64,000 bases of DNA from Peribolospora baueri (GCA_029717555.1 JAMDHS010000017.1:62001-126000), one strand, 5' to 3'; counted from the stretch's first letter, positions 24,377-37,949 are shown. Numbers and translations are program-made. The notes: generated by a model from the letters alone, not told the origin.

Positions 24377-25686
24377 TAACTCGTACCTCCAAGTCGCAGC
24401 CTGCTCCTCGCACCCGCACCGCTGCCATCTCTTCTGCGAGAGTGAAAGAGAGAGGGAGCAGGTCACCTTGGAGGCCTACGCGACAAGGCTCGTCCAGCCG
24501 GAGATTGGGATTTGGATCCCAAGGACGTGAGACCGTGCGCGTGCGCCAGCGTGTTCTCTCATCCACACCCTTAGGTGTGCGCTGGGTCTATGTCTCTGTA
24601 TACGCAAGAGAAGAAAGGCAGGCCCTGGAACAATCGAATCGAATGGGCGTGGGCTTGAAGACGCTCACAGAGTCACGTTTATGGTCTCGTTCATGGCTCC
24701 ATGGCTTTCCTTCCCCTCTTGCCGAGCATCGCGAGCTAGCCCTCGGGCGCACAAGGGGCACGCCAAGTCCTCTCTCTGCCCAGTGAAGTCCCGCTGCCAT
24801 CCGTCTCGTCTCGTCTCGTCTGGTCGTCCAACGACGACGAGAACGAGGACGGGGCCGCTCGTCCTCGCCCTCGCCCTCGGGGCATGCGGTGTCTCTCCCC
24901 GCCTCTCGCACTCCCTTTCAGCCTTCGCTTCGATGAGAAGCGACGCCGTCTTTTTGCAGAGTTGGACGGAGACTGCGACCGGTTTTTTTGTGCACGCTAG
25001 ACAAATAGATGAACGTGCCGGGCTCGTTCGCCTCCTCCAGGTCCTATCGTCGTACCTATGGCCCCGAAACGCATCACGAACTGCCCTTTCATGGTCTTTC
25101 TCTTCTGTCCGCCCCCGTGTTCGTCTCGGTTTCGTAGCTGATACAATCAAGCCCCAAGGAAATGAACAGGGTAGCGAGTCGGCATGCTAGGAGAAGGGGG
25201 GCGGAGTCGGAGTCACCGTCATTAGAAGGTAACCTGGACGAGCTTGCCGAGGAGACGCTGACAACCGGCCTATCATCGTGACTTTTGAAGCTGATTGGGA
25301 AGAAGAGATACGGACGTCCTTCCTCCGTCCTCGAACCTACGCGCAAAGGGTGCGTCTGTCTGAAAAGGAGTCGCAGAGAGACTCCGGGAGCGTGGAGCAG
25401 ATACACAGCAGACAGATGGACCGGAATGTCCACCCAGGCTGCTCTCGCGTCGATGCCAGCTAGAGAATGAGATCGGCAGATGATGCACATACGTACGACG
25501 TCCGTCACTCCGGCGCGAGGCGTGGACGAGGACGGTGATAACGGGCCACGTGAGCGATGCAAGTTGAATCACGGTCGCCAATCGGAGGGAACGATGATAG
25601 ACGACTCCATAACGTCTTCTTCCCTTCTCCCCGAACCATTCTCCTCCTCTCGGCCCTTCCCTCCCATCCCTTCGTATACACCAAAC

Positions 25687-27658
25687 ATGGCCGCTGAGGA
25701 CAAGCTCGACGTGCTCACCATCGGCTTCGGCGCCCTCGGCATCTTGTACTCCTACCTCCTCGAAAAGTCCGGCAAAGTCAGAGTCACCGCCGTGTGCAGG
25801 AGCAACTACGAGCAGGTGAAGGGTGCGTAACGATGGGGCCTGACATGGCCTTGGAGCCGCGTCCCCGCATCAAGCGGACGTCTGGAGTGCAGGGACGACG
25901 GTCCGAGCTGACGGACGTTGGGCACGAATTCGACTCCTATCTACGTGCGTTGCAGAGCAAGGGATCGACATCGAGAGCGCCAAGTTCGGCGAGATTCGCT
26001 CCTGGAGGCCTCACCGAGGTTGGTGTTTCTTCGTCGTCAGATAGGCGGCGCAAGACAGAGAGAAAAAATGCTTTTCCCGAACTCACACGACACCTCTTTC
26101 TTCACTGCGCTCTCAAAAAGTCGTCCGATCTCCCCAAGAAGCGCGAGATCGTCACTACGCGTACGTGCTCTGCACCTTCAAGTGCGTCCCCGACCTGCAG
26201 AGCACCTCCTCCGTCATCGCTCCTTACCTCCTCACTTCCTCTTCCAACGTCTCGGAACAAGACCTTCCCACCATCGTTCTCGTTCAGAACGGCATCGGCA
26301 TAGAGGACGAGGTGCGCGATGCGCTCGTGTTGGGTCAGCGCCGGGGAGATGATGGGCGGGTGAAGGTGGTAGAAAAGCTCGCCAGCACGGTTATAAGCTG
26401 TGTCGCATGGATCGGTGCCAACCTGCGTGACGGCACCAAGGTCGAGCATGGGCCGCTTGTGGGTATCTTTTCCTTTTTTTTCCGGTCGGCGCAGTCGGCA
26501 TACTCGGATCGAGTCAACGCACAAAGCTGACTGGCGATGTTGGACGCTTCTCTCGTACTAGGAACAACTGGTGATGGGCCTCTTCCCAACGCCTCTCTAC
26601 CTCAACGTGGCCGCCGCGCTCGAATCGAAAGGCCCACATCCGACGGGCCCGACGGAACAGGAACAGATCCAACAGGCGAAGCTGGATCACTTCGCCGACC
26701 TCGTCCGCTCCGGTGGCGGTAACCCAGAGCTGCCTACCGATATTCAGCCGGCCAGGTGGAGGAAATTGCTCTGGAACGCTGCATGGGGTGCTGTGAGTCT
26801 ATCGCTTCTAGCGAAAGAGGTGGTGCAGTGCAGATGACAGGAGATTGACAACGTTTTCTGCTTCGTTCGCGCCTCAGCTCTCGGCCTTGTCCCGCTGCCC
26901 AACATCGCGACTCATGAACGAGGACACCATCTCTTTCACTCTTGGGGTGAGGTGTTTTCCCCATGCATTCACAATCCGTGCCGCATCTACTCGACAATTG
27001 AATGTCTAGACGCTCTCGCCTCTTCTGTTCCCAGGTCGCCCGCCGTACGATGCTCGAGATCCTTTACGTCGCGCGCGTCTGTGGCTACGGCGAACTGGAA
27101 CTGCCAGCTGAAGCGGTGGACGAAGTGATGAGGGTCACGCTCGATTACTACAAGGTCACTGCCACCAGTGCGGGAGAGCAGACGGGCCAGCCGGAGTCGC
27201 AGTATGACAATCGATCCAAGTTCAAGCCGAGCATATTGCTAGACCTCGAAGCCGGGAGGCCGATGGAGTTGGACCCTATCATCGGTAACGTCGTGTCTAG
27301 GGCTAGGGAGCATGGCATCGACACGCCGAGGTAAGTAGTTCGTCGCCTCGTCTTCCGGCGCCATCGTCTGTGTCTCTGCTCATCACACGCGCTCGTCTCC
27401 CCAATTTCTTTCCTCGACGGACGACGACCTCTCCACAGACTGGACATGGTCCTCGCGTGTCTCAAACCGTCCCAAAACGAGTTCATCGCCGCCTCCCGGG
27501 CCGGGATATTCGACTTGGCCGCTGCCACCCTAGACTCCCCTGACGCGAGCCGTCCCGTCGCGGCCGGGGTGAGGGCCGTCAAGTCTAACGACCGCCTCGC
27601 CAAGAAGATACTTTGGGCGCACGGCGCTCCCGTGACCGCCGATCCCCGCATGACATGA
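25687..27658 (+). CDS. Ketopantoate reductase (ApbA/PanE family) -like oxidoreductase, ~7 exons
   Basis: Rossmann GFGALG, TAVCRSNYE, IVLVQNGIGIE, catalytic-Lys region RWRKLLWN, KPSILLDLEAGRPMELDPIIG. Confidence 0.88.
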
Positions 27659-28046
27659 CCCCGTCTCCGTCTCCACGGTCCGCGGGGGGAGGAGGGGGGG
27701 GGTCCGTGAACGTGTCGTCATACAGTCATTCATTCGTGATGTGAATCGTCATCTAGGACAGGGCAGGGTGGGATAATACGTACACGTTCATCCAAATAAA
27801 CAAGAGCAGCGGGGCGGATCGAGCTTTCTACGCGGGATCATTGCATTCGTCCCCTCGAAAATAGATAGACGGATCGTCGGTCTCTCTGCTGTGATGAGTG
27901 GCTGGCTAGCCCTGGCGTTGTTTGTGACCAGCGGGGAATAGGGTTGTGGCTTGACGCGCAGCCGACGCATGGAGCGCTGTCCGACTTGGGGGGTACTTGA
28001 CCTCCCGAAGGTGTGAGCATTTGTGAGCGCGTGAGATGAGCTGAAA

Positions 28047-31000
28047 TCATGGCGTTGATATGGCGACGATCGGAGTGAGAGGAGGAGGAGAAGTCGACCG
28101 GTGGCTCGTATGCTGCCGGCTCGACGTCGGTGAGAAGGCCTCGACATCTGGTTTTATGTCGATTCCCATACGGCTGCGGACCTGGAGGAGGGTGGGGGGA
28201 CGAGCGTCACGGCAGGGTAAGAGCAAAATGTAGAGAAGCGGCGTCAGTCGATTGACTCGAACCGCACGACTCGAACCGCAGACACACCTTATCCACTTCC
28301 TTGGCCCAATTCGTCTTAGCAATATATATGAGAGAAAATGCACTGGCGTAGGCCAGGGCAAAGGTGAGGCCGATCCACAGACCCTGAAGGCCGAGCCGCA
28401 AGGCGGAGAAGGTAAGCGCGACGCCCAAGGGGATACCAAAGATGTAGTAGGCCGACAGGTTGATCAGCGCTCCCGCCGCTTGACGACCTGTGCCGCGGAG
28501 GATGCCGCTGGTGACGCCGACGAGGCAGTCGAAGATCTGTGGTGAGCGAGACGGGCGGGTGTTTCAGAGTCAGCACTAGGATCCGATCGGAAAGGAGAAA
28601 GCGACCTTGCAGATCAACACAAACCTGGAAGAATGCGACGATAGGGAGCTGCACGGCGAAGAGGCGAGGGAGACCGTTTGTAGAAACATTAGCTGTGATG
28701 GTCGTGGACTAGCAAAATGGCTTGCGTCGAAAAATCTGCCGTTCGTCCGATGATCGCGCCCCAACTTGACACTCACCACGACAGCGACGAGCTCGATGAC
28801 GTTGGGATCCTGGCTAAACGCGTAGCCCCAGCGATCCCTCAAAACGACGAAGAAGGTCGAGTTGATGAGGCCAACGAAGGCACCCATGAGAATGGCGACG
28901 TTGGAAGACACTCTGGCCTCGACCGCTTTGCCCGCTCCGAGGAGGTTGCCGATTCTCACGGCGACGGAGACGCTGATCGCGTAGGGAAGTTGGTAGGTAA
29001 TGGAGGAGGAGGTGACTTTCGGAACGCAACGGACGGGCGCGCACGGGAGAAAAGCGAGGCGACGGCGTGAGTTAACGATGATAAGCTCGGTTCGCGGACG
29101 GCAACGACACCGAATTCCCCCCCGGCGTCGATCTCGCTCCATCCACTCACGCAAAACGCTCTGCGCAGCCAGAGCGGTAGATCCCAGAGCGCTGGTACAA
29201 AGCCCGACAATCTCCCAAGCCCACCACTCCGAGGCCATGCTGAGCGTGCCCGCGATGCCCAAGGTGAGGCACGGTTTGAGGCCCTTGCGAGAGAAGGCTT
29301 GGGTGGTCCAGCCGCACCAACCTGTCCGGGGCGCTAGGTAGCATTGCAAGAAGCAGAGGACGAACTGGCGGGAATGGGCAGAAAAGGAGGAGAAAAAAGA
29401 AGAGAGGGATGCGAAGAGAGGGTGAGCTGGAGGGAGAGGGAGAGGATCGAGCGAGAGGTACTCACCATGGCCTGCATGGACACTGCGGATGAAATAGGTG
29501 CACCGATGAAGCCGAGTCGGATATTCGGCGGGCCCCTGCGGAGACGGGGAGGACGCGATCATAACCGGTCTCAGCGAGAACGGGTGGCATGTCTCGGCGG
29601 GGAACGGTTGGAAGATGGATAGCTCACCAGACGAGGAGATACTGGAGGATGATGTTAAGAGGCGAGCAGACCATGAGGACAATGGTGGGTGCATGCATCA
29701 AACCTGCAGGTCGGAGCGGTGTCGGAATGGGCAGGAGCGAGGAGACGGAGAGAAGAGGGAGATATCATGAGTGGCGGGCTCTCCCGCAGAATTCGCGTCC
29801 ATGCGCATCGCAACGGACAGAGAAGATGACACCGTTACCTCACCTTGTGCTTGAAGGTATCGGCGACAAATCTCAAACCCAGCGTAGCCCGGCAGACCAA
29901 TGACGCTGCGAAGCGAAAACCAGAGAAGACGACGACAGCGTCAGGACCTTTGGGTCTGCTCGGCCCGGCCGGCCCAACAAGGGGCACGATTCATAGAATC
30001 TTTTGTCTGCGACTACCCACATGATCCTTAAATACTGGGCCGCAAGCTCGGCGACGCGAGGCTGTTGTCTGAGCGCCAAGAGGATGGACTCGGCATTCAG
30101 CCAGATGAGTGCTATGGGTATGAGCAGCGCGCTGATGCACACGGACATGCGCTGCGTCCAGAGGCCCATCGTCTTGGGCTGGGAAGAGGTGAACGCGGAA
30201 GGAAGGAGTGTGTCGAGGGCGGAGATGAAGCCGGCTAGGATGGACCAGCCTGTCACGGCTGCCGTCATCGATGCCAGCGAGGCGGCTAAATCGACGTGGC
30301 CAGTGGGGTCACTGATGAGCTCGTGTGCGACGACGAGAGAAAGGCGGGGTTACGCGAACCGACCCGAGACGAACGCTCACCAGCAAGTTCAGTGGTACCC
30401 AGGTGGCCGAGGGAGAAGACGCTAACGACGTTGAGGGAGATTTCGAGGATGTGCGTGCCCCAAATGGGTACGGTGTACTTGCATCTACGGGGCCATGGGG
30501 ACGCGGTGGGAGGAACAGAAGTCCGTCAGCGGGGTCTGAAAGGACGATGGGATCCTGGGCGAAACGGGATTCATAGAAAAAAAAGACGAGCGAGAACACA
30601 GGCTCACAGCAGTTTGACCTCCCTCTTCCACCCGGCCTCGGACTCCTCGCCTACTCCCCTCACCTCCGATACGTCCTCGATTGCCGGCGGCAGAGGGTTC
30701 TCGCCACCAAATCCGGGACGCTCGCGGGAAGCAGCATCGGCCAGGTCTTGTCCTTCCCCCGACGGGTCTTCTCCGATCATCGAGGAGAGCGTGCCGTACG
30801 TGGCCGTGCGCGGCATCAGAGGGGTCGTCTCGGTCGCTGTGAGAGGGGAAAAGTCAGTGCGTGGCGAACCTGCAACGGATAGAGCACCCTCTGCCTCTTC
30901 TTCCAGCTCGCCCCGCCGTTGGAGGAGCTGTCGGCCAGTGGAGAGCGAGGACGGGGGAGGGATGGGCGTGCCTCCGAGAATGATGTTGCTCATCATCCCC

Positions 31001-31546
31001 GACTTGGAGGCAGTAGATGCGAACGACCACCTCGCATCCCTCTCTCCCACCTCCGTCTCCATCGCAGTGCCCCTGGCTCCCATGCGAGGATGAGCAGGTG
31101 AGCGGGACCTGAGGGGAGAACGGGAGCGAGACCTGCTCTGGCCTTCGTCGTCCTCGAGAGCCTCTTCGGGGATGACGGGTATGCCGAGATCGGACATCGA
31201 GTCTCTGCTACCCCTCCCGCTCTCTCCCTCTCCCTCTTCCACCTCCTCCTCCTCTTCTTGGGCCTCGTCATGTGCCTCCTCCGATTCCTGATCGGACTCG
31301 ATGATATTCGCCTCCGAAGGCGCCCAGCTCGTCCCCGGAACGGCGCCCGTGCCGCCGCGACCTTGGCCTAGGCGTGCGGAGTGGTGTTGGAGGATGTCAT
31401 AATCGCGTGGGAGACTTGCAGGAGCTTTTGGGAGGGAGAGCGAAGGGAAGGGGGCGGTGAGTGTCCAGCATGAATGGATGCGCGAGCGGAGGGAAGAGGG
31501 AAAGGAACATACAAGAGGAGTATGAGTGCGGCTGGGTGAAAGACAT
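28047..31546 (-). CDS. MATE family efflux transporter (Erc1-like), multi-exon
   Basis: Start MSFTQPHSYSS|SPASLPRDYDIL; acidic N-tail with ETTPLM; MATE motifs GFISALDTLLPSAF, LWTQRM, MASEWWAWEIVGL, LAAQSVL, AVRIGNLLGAG, GILRGTG, GLQGLWIGLT. Confidence 0.9.
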
Positions 31547-32392
31547 ACGCTGCTGAGGAGGTCGGACGTAGGATGGTTGGTGGTGGAGACGGCGGCGAGG
31601 AGGCGGGGGGAGGGGGATGTAGACGACGGCAAGATCTTGTATACGTATCTTTGCTTGCTTGCATCTTTTTTCTTGTAGCTTGCTTCCATCTTCTCTCCCC
31701 TTCTTTCCTTCCCGCGCGATCCATTGCCAGTGATTTCTTTCCTTCCACACGCCAGCCGCCATTTGCCGCCCAATCTCGCGCTTGCGAGGATCAAAGCTTC
31801 TCGTTCCTTCTTGGCCGCGATCGGCATCGCCGAACACAATTTGTCGGCGAACTCTGCCACCCGCCTGCACTCGAACCCGCCTCGTCCCGTACCAACATAG
31901 AACAAACGAGCTCTACTCCCTCGCACTCTGCATCCATCTCGCCGACGATGCCCGGCCCTTCTCGTCTGAGCTGCTCATCCTCCGATCGCCGTGCGACCGG
32001 GTGTAACGTCAGAAGAGGATCGCCCGCCGTCGAGACTCCGGCAACGATCCGGCGCAATGCTCTCCGCTTGCCGCGGGCGCACTCGTCGAGCCAAATCGTG
32101 CGGCCCCTGATGATACGCACATGAAACGAGACGCGAAGAGAGAAAGAGGGCCGACAGACAGACAGATAGATAGATAGATACGGACTCTCGTCGAGCAGTG
32201 ACCGCCTCGCTACGAGACCACGGAGCGATTTCAGAAAAGTGGCAGTCGCACGACGTGGATATACATCAAGGGCAACGCGGCTTTGTCCACTACGTACAGT
32301 ATGGACTGCATAAGAAATCGGCTCATGCCTTCCATAAGAACAGACGGACAGTCGGGAAAGGCGTCTCATCCTGGGCCTCGCCCAGGCCGTCG

Positions 32393-34153
32393 TCACCTTC
32401 GTTCTTGCACCAAACGTTCAGGGAAGCGGCCGAGCATGTAGAAGGACTCCCCGACGCCCGCGTCCGCATGGAGGAAAGAGTCCCGCTTCCTCTTCTTCTT
32501 ATCCTTTTTCCTTTTCGTCTCCTTCCCCGATGCTTCCGAGGCCGAGGATGTGACGGGCGATGCTCGACCGGACAAGGACGAGGAGGGCCTCGGTGCACCG
32601 AAAAAATCCAACGCGGCTGGGAGTGCGAGTGAGGTGGTCGTCGTTGTCGACACCGACGCTGATTCCGACAGCGAGCCGCCTATACCTACGTCCTCGTCCT
32701 CGACTTTATTCTCTTCCACGTCCATTTCTTTTTCCAACGATGTCGGGGGCGCGAGCGGCCGAGGCGTTGGAGAAGATGGGTGCGACCCTCCTTCCGCCAA
32801 CGATCGCTTCACCCCTTGTCGGCGTACCAACACCTCGCCCAGGTCTTCGGACATCACGCCGGCGCGGGTCTCGGCTGCCTTGCTCAAGGGAGTGGAGGTC
32901 GAAAGGGCAGCTGAAGGGGTCACTGCATCGGTCATGTCTGGCGTCTGCACGCCTGACGGCAGTTTGCTTGCGGTCGCGGCGATCGGATCTCGTGAGGACG
33001 ACGAGGCGAAGAGGCTAGCAAGATGGCCTGGTCGCATCTGCTTTTGTGGCGGCACGCCTGCAAAATAGGAGGGAAGGGCGTCCAGACTGTTCGGCAGACG
33101 CACAGCCGTGGCGCCTTGGCGAGCCCCTACCCGCCGAGAGTTGGAACCCGCCGGCACAAGCGCTCGGATCGCCTCGTTCAACGCCTTCACCTCATCGTAA
33201 AGCTCCGACATGACGTTTGCAGATTCGGATGCAATGTTGTCTAGGCGGGAGATGACGGCGATCAGGACGAAGGTGAGCGGGAGGAACGACGGCACGGGAT
33301 GCGCCTGTGCACACAGCGCCCTGTGACGATCACGAAAAACGGAACGAGGGCCCCTTCTTCAGTTCACTGCGGCACTGGCACGGGCTTCTCAAGACGGAAT
33401 TGGTCGAGATACAGGAACGTACATGTATGCTCGCCCTGTCTCGACTCGCAGCCGTACAACGAGAGCGTGTGCGGCAAAAACGCGTTCGAGAAAGCGCTCA
33501 TATGGGATGGGTGAAAGCGAAGGAAGATGTGTCCATGGAACCTTGCGATCCTTGAGGGGACTGGTCGCATAAGGCGGACAACACAAAGGAGTCAGTCTTC
33601 ATGCAGTACTACCGTCCTTCTCGGCAATGGTCTCAACTCACTCCACGACAGCCTCCTCAAAAAACCCTTTCCAGAGCACCAGAATCGCTCCTCCGTCTTC
33701 GTCAGTCGACGTTTCCTTGCTCTTTCCTTTCCCCTTCCCGGATTGAGCAAGAATACAGCTCCAATGCCGTTCCAGCGTACTCGCTCCTGTCAGACTAGCC
33801 AGCTCCTCCTCCACCCTCGAGGCCACCCTTCTCATGCCAGCTACTTTTCTCCACCAACCGAACCCTCGATGTTGGTTTCGTCCTTTGTACCACAGGCGAT
33901 CGAGGATACGCATCTCATCCTGAAAGGATGCCAGCTGAGCCGAGAAGGAGCGATGGCTTGTTCGGAAGGCCTTCAAAGCACGCGGAACGAGTGCGATAAC
34001 TGGTGCAAGCTCGGGGGCCAAAGAGACGCGCGGGACGGGAGAAAGAGGGACTGGAGGCCTGCGCCGAGGCAGCACGGGTGCGGCGTACGGGGAGAATCTG
34101 CGTGCCGCCGACGTCTCCGTTGCCCCTTCTTTCCTTCGGCTTGCAGACGGCAT
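32393..34153 (-). CDS. RNase MRP subunit Rmp1 / NEPRO (DUF4477)-like protein, 3 exons
   Basis: N-terminal motif EMRILDRLWYKGRNQHRGFGWWRKV; spliced middle VPWTHLP...AY|MALCAQAHPVPSFLPLTFVLIAVISRL; Lys-rich C-terminal NLS-like KRKKDKKKRKR. Confidence 0.7.
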
Positions 34154-34396
34154 GGGTCAAGCCGGATGGAGCGCTGGAATAGAGTCGGGTCGAGTCGAGA
34201 GAGACTCGAGAGGCGGCGCAAATGGGAGTTCTATAAACTGCGGCAGATGTCGCTGACTAAGCCAATTTTAATTTTTGGTTAAGTCCGCATGCAGTTTCGA
34301 TCGGTCCTTCTTCCTTCCACGACCCGTCTTTGCTGTCTTTCATCCTTGCCCTTTCCGGAGGGCTTTTCAGATAGTGCCGACGCCGGAGTGTCAGTC

Positions 34397-36140
34397 ATGA
34401 CGGTCGCGAGTACGCGGCCCTGTTCGGTGTGCGACTCTCCCGCCTCGCGATACACCTGCCCCGCCTGCTCCGCCCACACTTGCTCACTTCCCTGCGTCAA
34501 GGAGCACAAAGCAAGAGCGTCGTGCCCTGGCAAGCGAGAGCCCTCGTCTGGTCGGTCACCCGCGGCTTCCTTGGAGAGTGGAGCGTTGTACATCCCTACG
34601 AAGGATTTCGACCATGGTGCTCTGCTGCAGGATTACGGCTTTTTGGAGGCGGTGGGAAGGAGGAGCGCCGAATGGGGGAGTGATATCATCAAGCACAAAC
34701 TTTTGCCGCCCGTTCTTGTCGATCCAAGGGGACATAAAAATGATCGAGGAGGGATGGCAAACTCGACGAGGGGAAGAGGTGGTTATCAGGCGGCCCATAC
34801 CCCTGGGCTGCGAATGAGCGGCGCTCAGTCCAGGCAGGCCGGCTTGGTTCGGCAGCTTAGATACCGTGGGTTCAATGTACAGTTCTTGCCTGACGGCATG
34901 GAGAAAAGGCGGATCAACACTACGTCTTTCAATCCGAAGTGAGTCTTGCTTAATTCCGTTTTCAAGTCACGTCACATACGGCTACGGCGGGCCTCATGCT
35001 TTCCTACTCTGCGCTCCGGTCGCTGCCTCCAGGACGCGAACCCTTCTGTGGACCGTAGAGTTTGTTCTTCCAGCTCCTCCACCCCTATCTTCCGACTCCA
35101 CCTCCTTTCGTATTCTCACTCACCGCAACGACACAGACGCTTCACTCTACGACCTTTTGGTACGACATCTTCAGGCACGGTCAGCGCAGGCGGACAAGAA
35201 GAAAAGCAAGGGTAAAGGCAAGGCGCAACAGGACGAGGAGCTGCCTGGCGGAGGAGCGTCGGAAGCCGAGGACAAGGGTGTTCCAAGCTGGGTGTGGGAT
35301 AGGATTGGATGGTCGAAGGGTGCTTGCAACAGCGTGAACGACGCCAAGGCTGATTCGTCGCAGGACGTTTCGGTTGGAGCTGGTCCAGCAGGCTCGTCGA
35401 AAGAGAGCGATTTGACAGCTGCCAGCTGTGTAGTCCAGCTTGCCTCCGCTCCGCCGTCCCCACCGCCGTCTTTCACGTTCGTACTTTCCGTCCGCCCGTT
35501 CTTGCACGATCGACCGACGGTACGCCATTTCAACCTCGGCGCACCGCCCAGCAGCGAACCACCGACGACTCTACCGTTGCCGCCGCCGCCACCGGTTCAA
35601 ACGGAGCAAAAGGCGCTGTATCACACAGCATCTGCTATGCCGTTCCTGCCACATCCTTCCCTCCCGCCGCATCAACCGCCGCCATCCTTTGTGAAGCAGC
35701 AAAATCAGCAACAACGGGCGTACTCATCCATACCTCCTCCCACTCTCTACCCGCAACAGCCTCAGCTTGAGCGGCAGCCGGTGCTTCCCGTCGTCTCTTC
35801 CATGCATCCTTCCGACCCATCAGTGCTGCCGGCTGTAGCGTCGAGTGCCTCAGCCGACCAAGTGGAAAGCAAACGTCCCGGGAAGAAGGCCCGCCTCCTC
35901 TTGTCCCTCGGCCCAGGTGACCGATCGGGACGGACAACAATCTCCACGGCGATGAGTCTCCTTGCTCCAGGATTGGCTGTGCTGGAGTGGCCGGTGTTTG
36001 AGGTGTGGGAGACGAGAGAGCTGGAGGAGGCGGAAAGGAGTGGAAGAGTGGAGGTTCTGAGGAGGGAGGGAGGAGGGAGAGAAAGGAAGAGGGAGAGGGA
36101 AGAGGATGCGGAGCTGGATGAGCAAGACGGGGCGCGGTAG
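34397..36140 (+). CDS. BCD1: Box C/D snoRNP assembly factor Bcd1 (ZNHIT6), 2 exons
   Basis: zf-HIT CSVC...YTCPACSAHTCSLPCVKEHKARASCPGKR; LLQDYGFLE; FLPDGMEKRRINTTSF|...LWTVEF; C-terminal VLEWPVFEV. Confidence 0.9.
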
Positions 36141-36937
36141 GCCTGTAGTGTCGGCTGTTTCATCAGTCCATTTGCTTGTGACACCTGAACTGTGCCCAGG
36201 CGTTTAGTGAACATACACAGAGCGCCGTAAGATGGACGGGAGTACGCAGTCGATCGGTCGGTCACCGTCGACGCCGCCAAGCTGTGGCTGTTCCGGAGGA
36301 GCATAGCCCCGTCCAATACGGAGCGCAGAGAAGGTCGTAAATAGTCTCATCACAGTGGCGTCGTTGCCATTGCTCCTCCTTCCTCGAGCGACGATATGAC
36401 CGGGCGAGGACGAGCAGGACTTCACCTTGCATCTTCCATCGTCGCCCTGCCATCGTTGAGACGACAGCTGGCCAGACTGCCAAGCGACCTAGTGGCAGGC
36501 ACCTCATTCTCCGGTCGAATCGCCAAAAACGCCTCGTTGCCGGAACGAGGGCAGAAGCTTAATTTGCACTTTGCCCTTTGCTCTGTCCAGTACGTAGTGC
36601 GGCGGCGTCGCGGAGGGCCTCAACAATGCCGTCCCACCTGAACATCACGACGTCCTAGCAGCCTTTTCCAAGGGCCCCTGCACGTCTTAAATGAAACGTC
36701 AAAGCTCTTCCAGAATGGCTGCTAGAAGGAGCGCAGCATGAGGGAAACGAAGGAGGTCTTCGTTACGAGAGAGGACATGACGGGGGTTGATTAAGTCACC
36801 GGCTAGGAAACACCCTTGGCAGGCACGTGCGGATATCAGCGGACATAAGAGCGGGCGAGGTAGCGGACGGGTTCGATCGTCACCTCGTCTCCTTTTGCAC
36901 CAGCTCTGTCAAGTGAGTGAGCTCGGACGACGCACGG

Positions 36938-37949
36938 ATGTCCTACTACGGCGACCCATCCGCCTACTCGGCATCAGCATACGGCGCCGACCCGTCCTCC
37001 GCGGCGGGCGGAGCGGACCCGTACGCGGCGTTCTACGTCTGGGACCCGACGACGCAGCAGTACGCGTTCGACTACGACTCGTACTACCGCGCATACGGCT
37101 ATTCCTCCGGCCCGGCGGCAGGCGGCGCGGGCTCCTCCTCGTCGGCCACGCCATACGATCCGAGTTTTGCGGCGGACGCGGCGGCGCAAGCGGCGGCGTA
37201 TGTTCCGGTGGAGGGAGGAGGGGCGCAGCAGGGACAGGAGAAGGGGAAGGGGAAGGAGAGGCTACAGAAGGGCGAGAAGAGGCGGACGGTGCTTCGAAAG
37301 GGGGCGGGAACGGTTTGGGAAGACAAGACGTTACTAGAGTGGGATCCGAGTGAGTCGAGGTATTTTCTGACCGTCGTTTATTCTCGGTGGCGTTGGGGTC
37401 GGCGATGGTGGGACGGTGCTGAGGTGATCGCACGCATTTCTCGCTTGCTTTGCCTTTCTTTCCGAATCTCTCGCAGGCCACAAGCGTCTCTTCGTTGGAG
37501 ACCTGGGCAACGACGTGACGGACGAAGTCTTGACGCGCGCCTTCTCCAAATACCCGTCCTTCTCCAAAGGGCGTGTGGTGCGTAACAAGTACGACAACAA
37601 GACGAAGGGGTACGGCTTTGTCGCGTTTGCCGATCCGGAGGACTTTTTGAAGGCTTGGAAGGAGATGAATGGTGGGTTTTGTCATTTTGTTGGGTTTGCA
37701 TTGGACAAAGCTGATCGCCTCGGCTGCCCATGCGTTTGCTCGTCCGCAGGCAAATACGTGGGATCGCGTCCGGTGCGGCTCAAAAAAGCTTCGGAGGCGG
37801 TGAACCCGGTGGAGATTGGGTCGCGAAAGGAGCGAGACCTTGAGCTCTCGCTCAAGGCACACTCCAAGACGGCTGAGAAGGGCAAGTGGGGGGGTGCGAT
37901 CGGCACGGGCCTCGTGAACAAGCGGTATCAGCCGTATGGAAAGCGTTGA
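36938..37949 (+). CDS. RRM RNA-binding protein, RBM42-like, 3 exons
   Basis: RTVLRKGAGTVWEDKTLLEWDP|SHKRLFVGDLGNDVTDEVL...KTKGYGFVAFADPEDFLKAWKEMN|GKYVGSRPVRLKKA is the RBM42-type RRM signature. Confidence 0.88.

Noticed and set aside
21978..25600. Numerous 60-215 aa ORFs in the long intergenic region
   Set aside because: Low-complexity translations of microsatellite-rich GC-rich DNA, without codon bias, domains or coherent splice structure.
27891..28044. GTGATGA...CTGA suggesting a box C/D snoRNA
   Set aside because: No terminal stem or recognisable rRNA-complementary guide; lies antisense in the MATE 3'UTR.
31547..31926. 5' extension of the 30604-31926 ORF as the MATE N-terminus
   Set aside because: A better model starts at ATG 31546 with a gtatgt...aaag intron; the extension reads through promoter and intron sequence.
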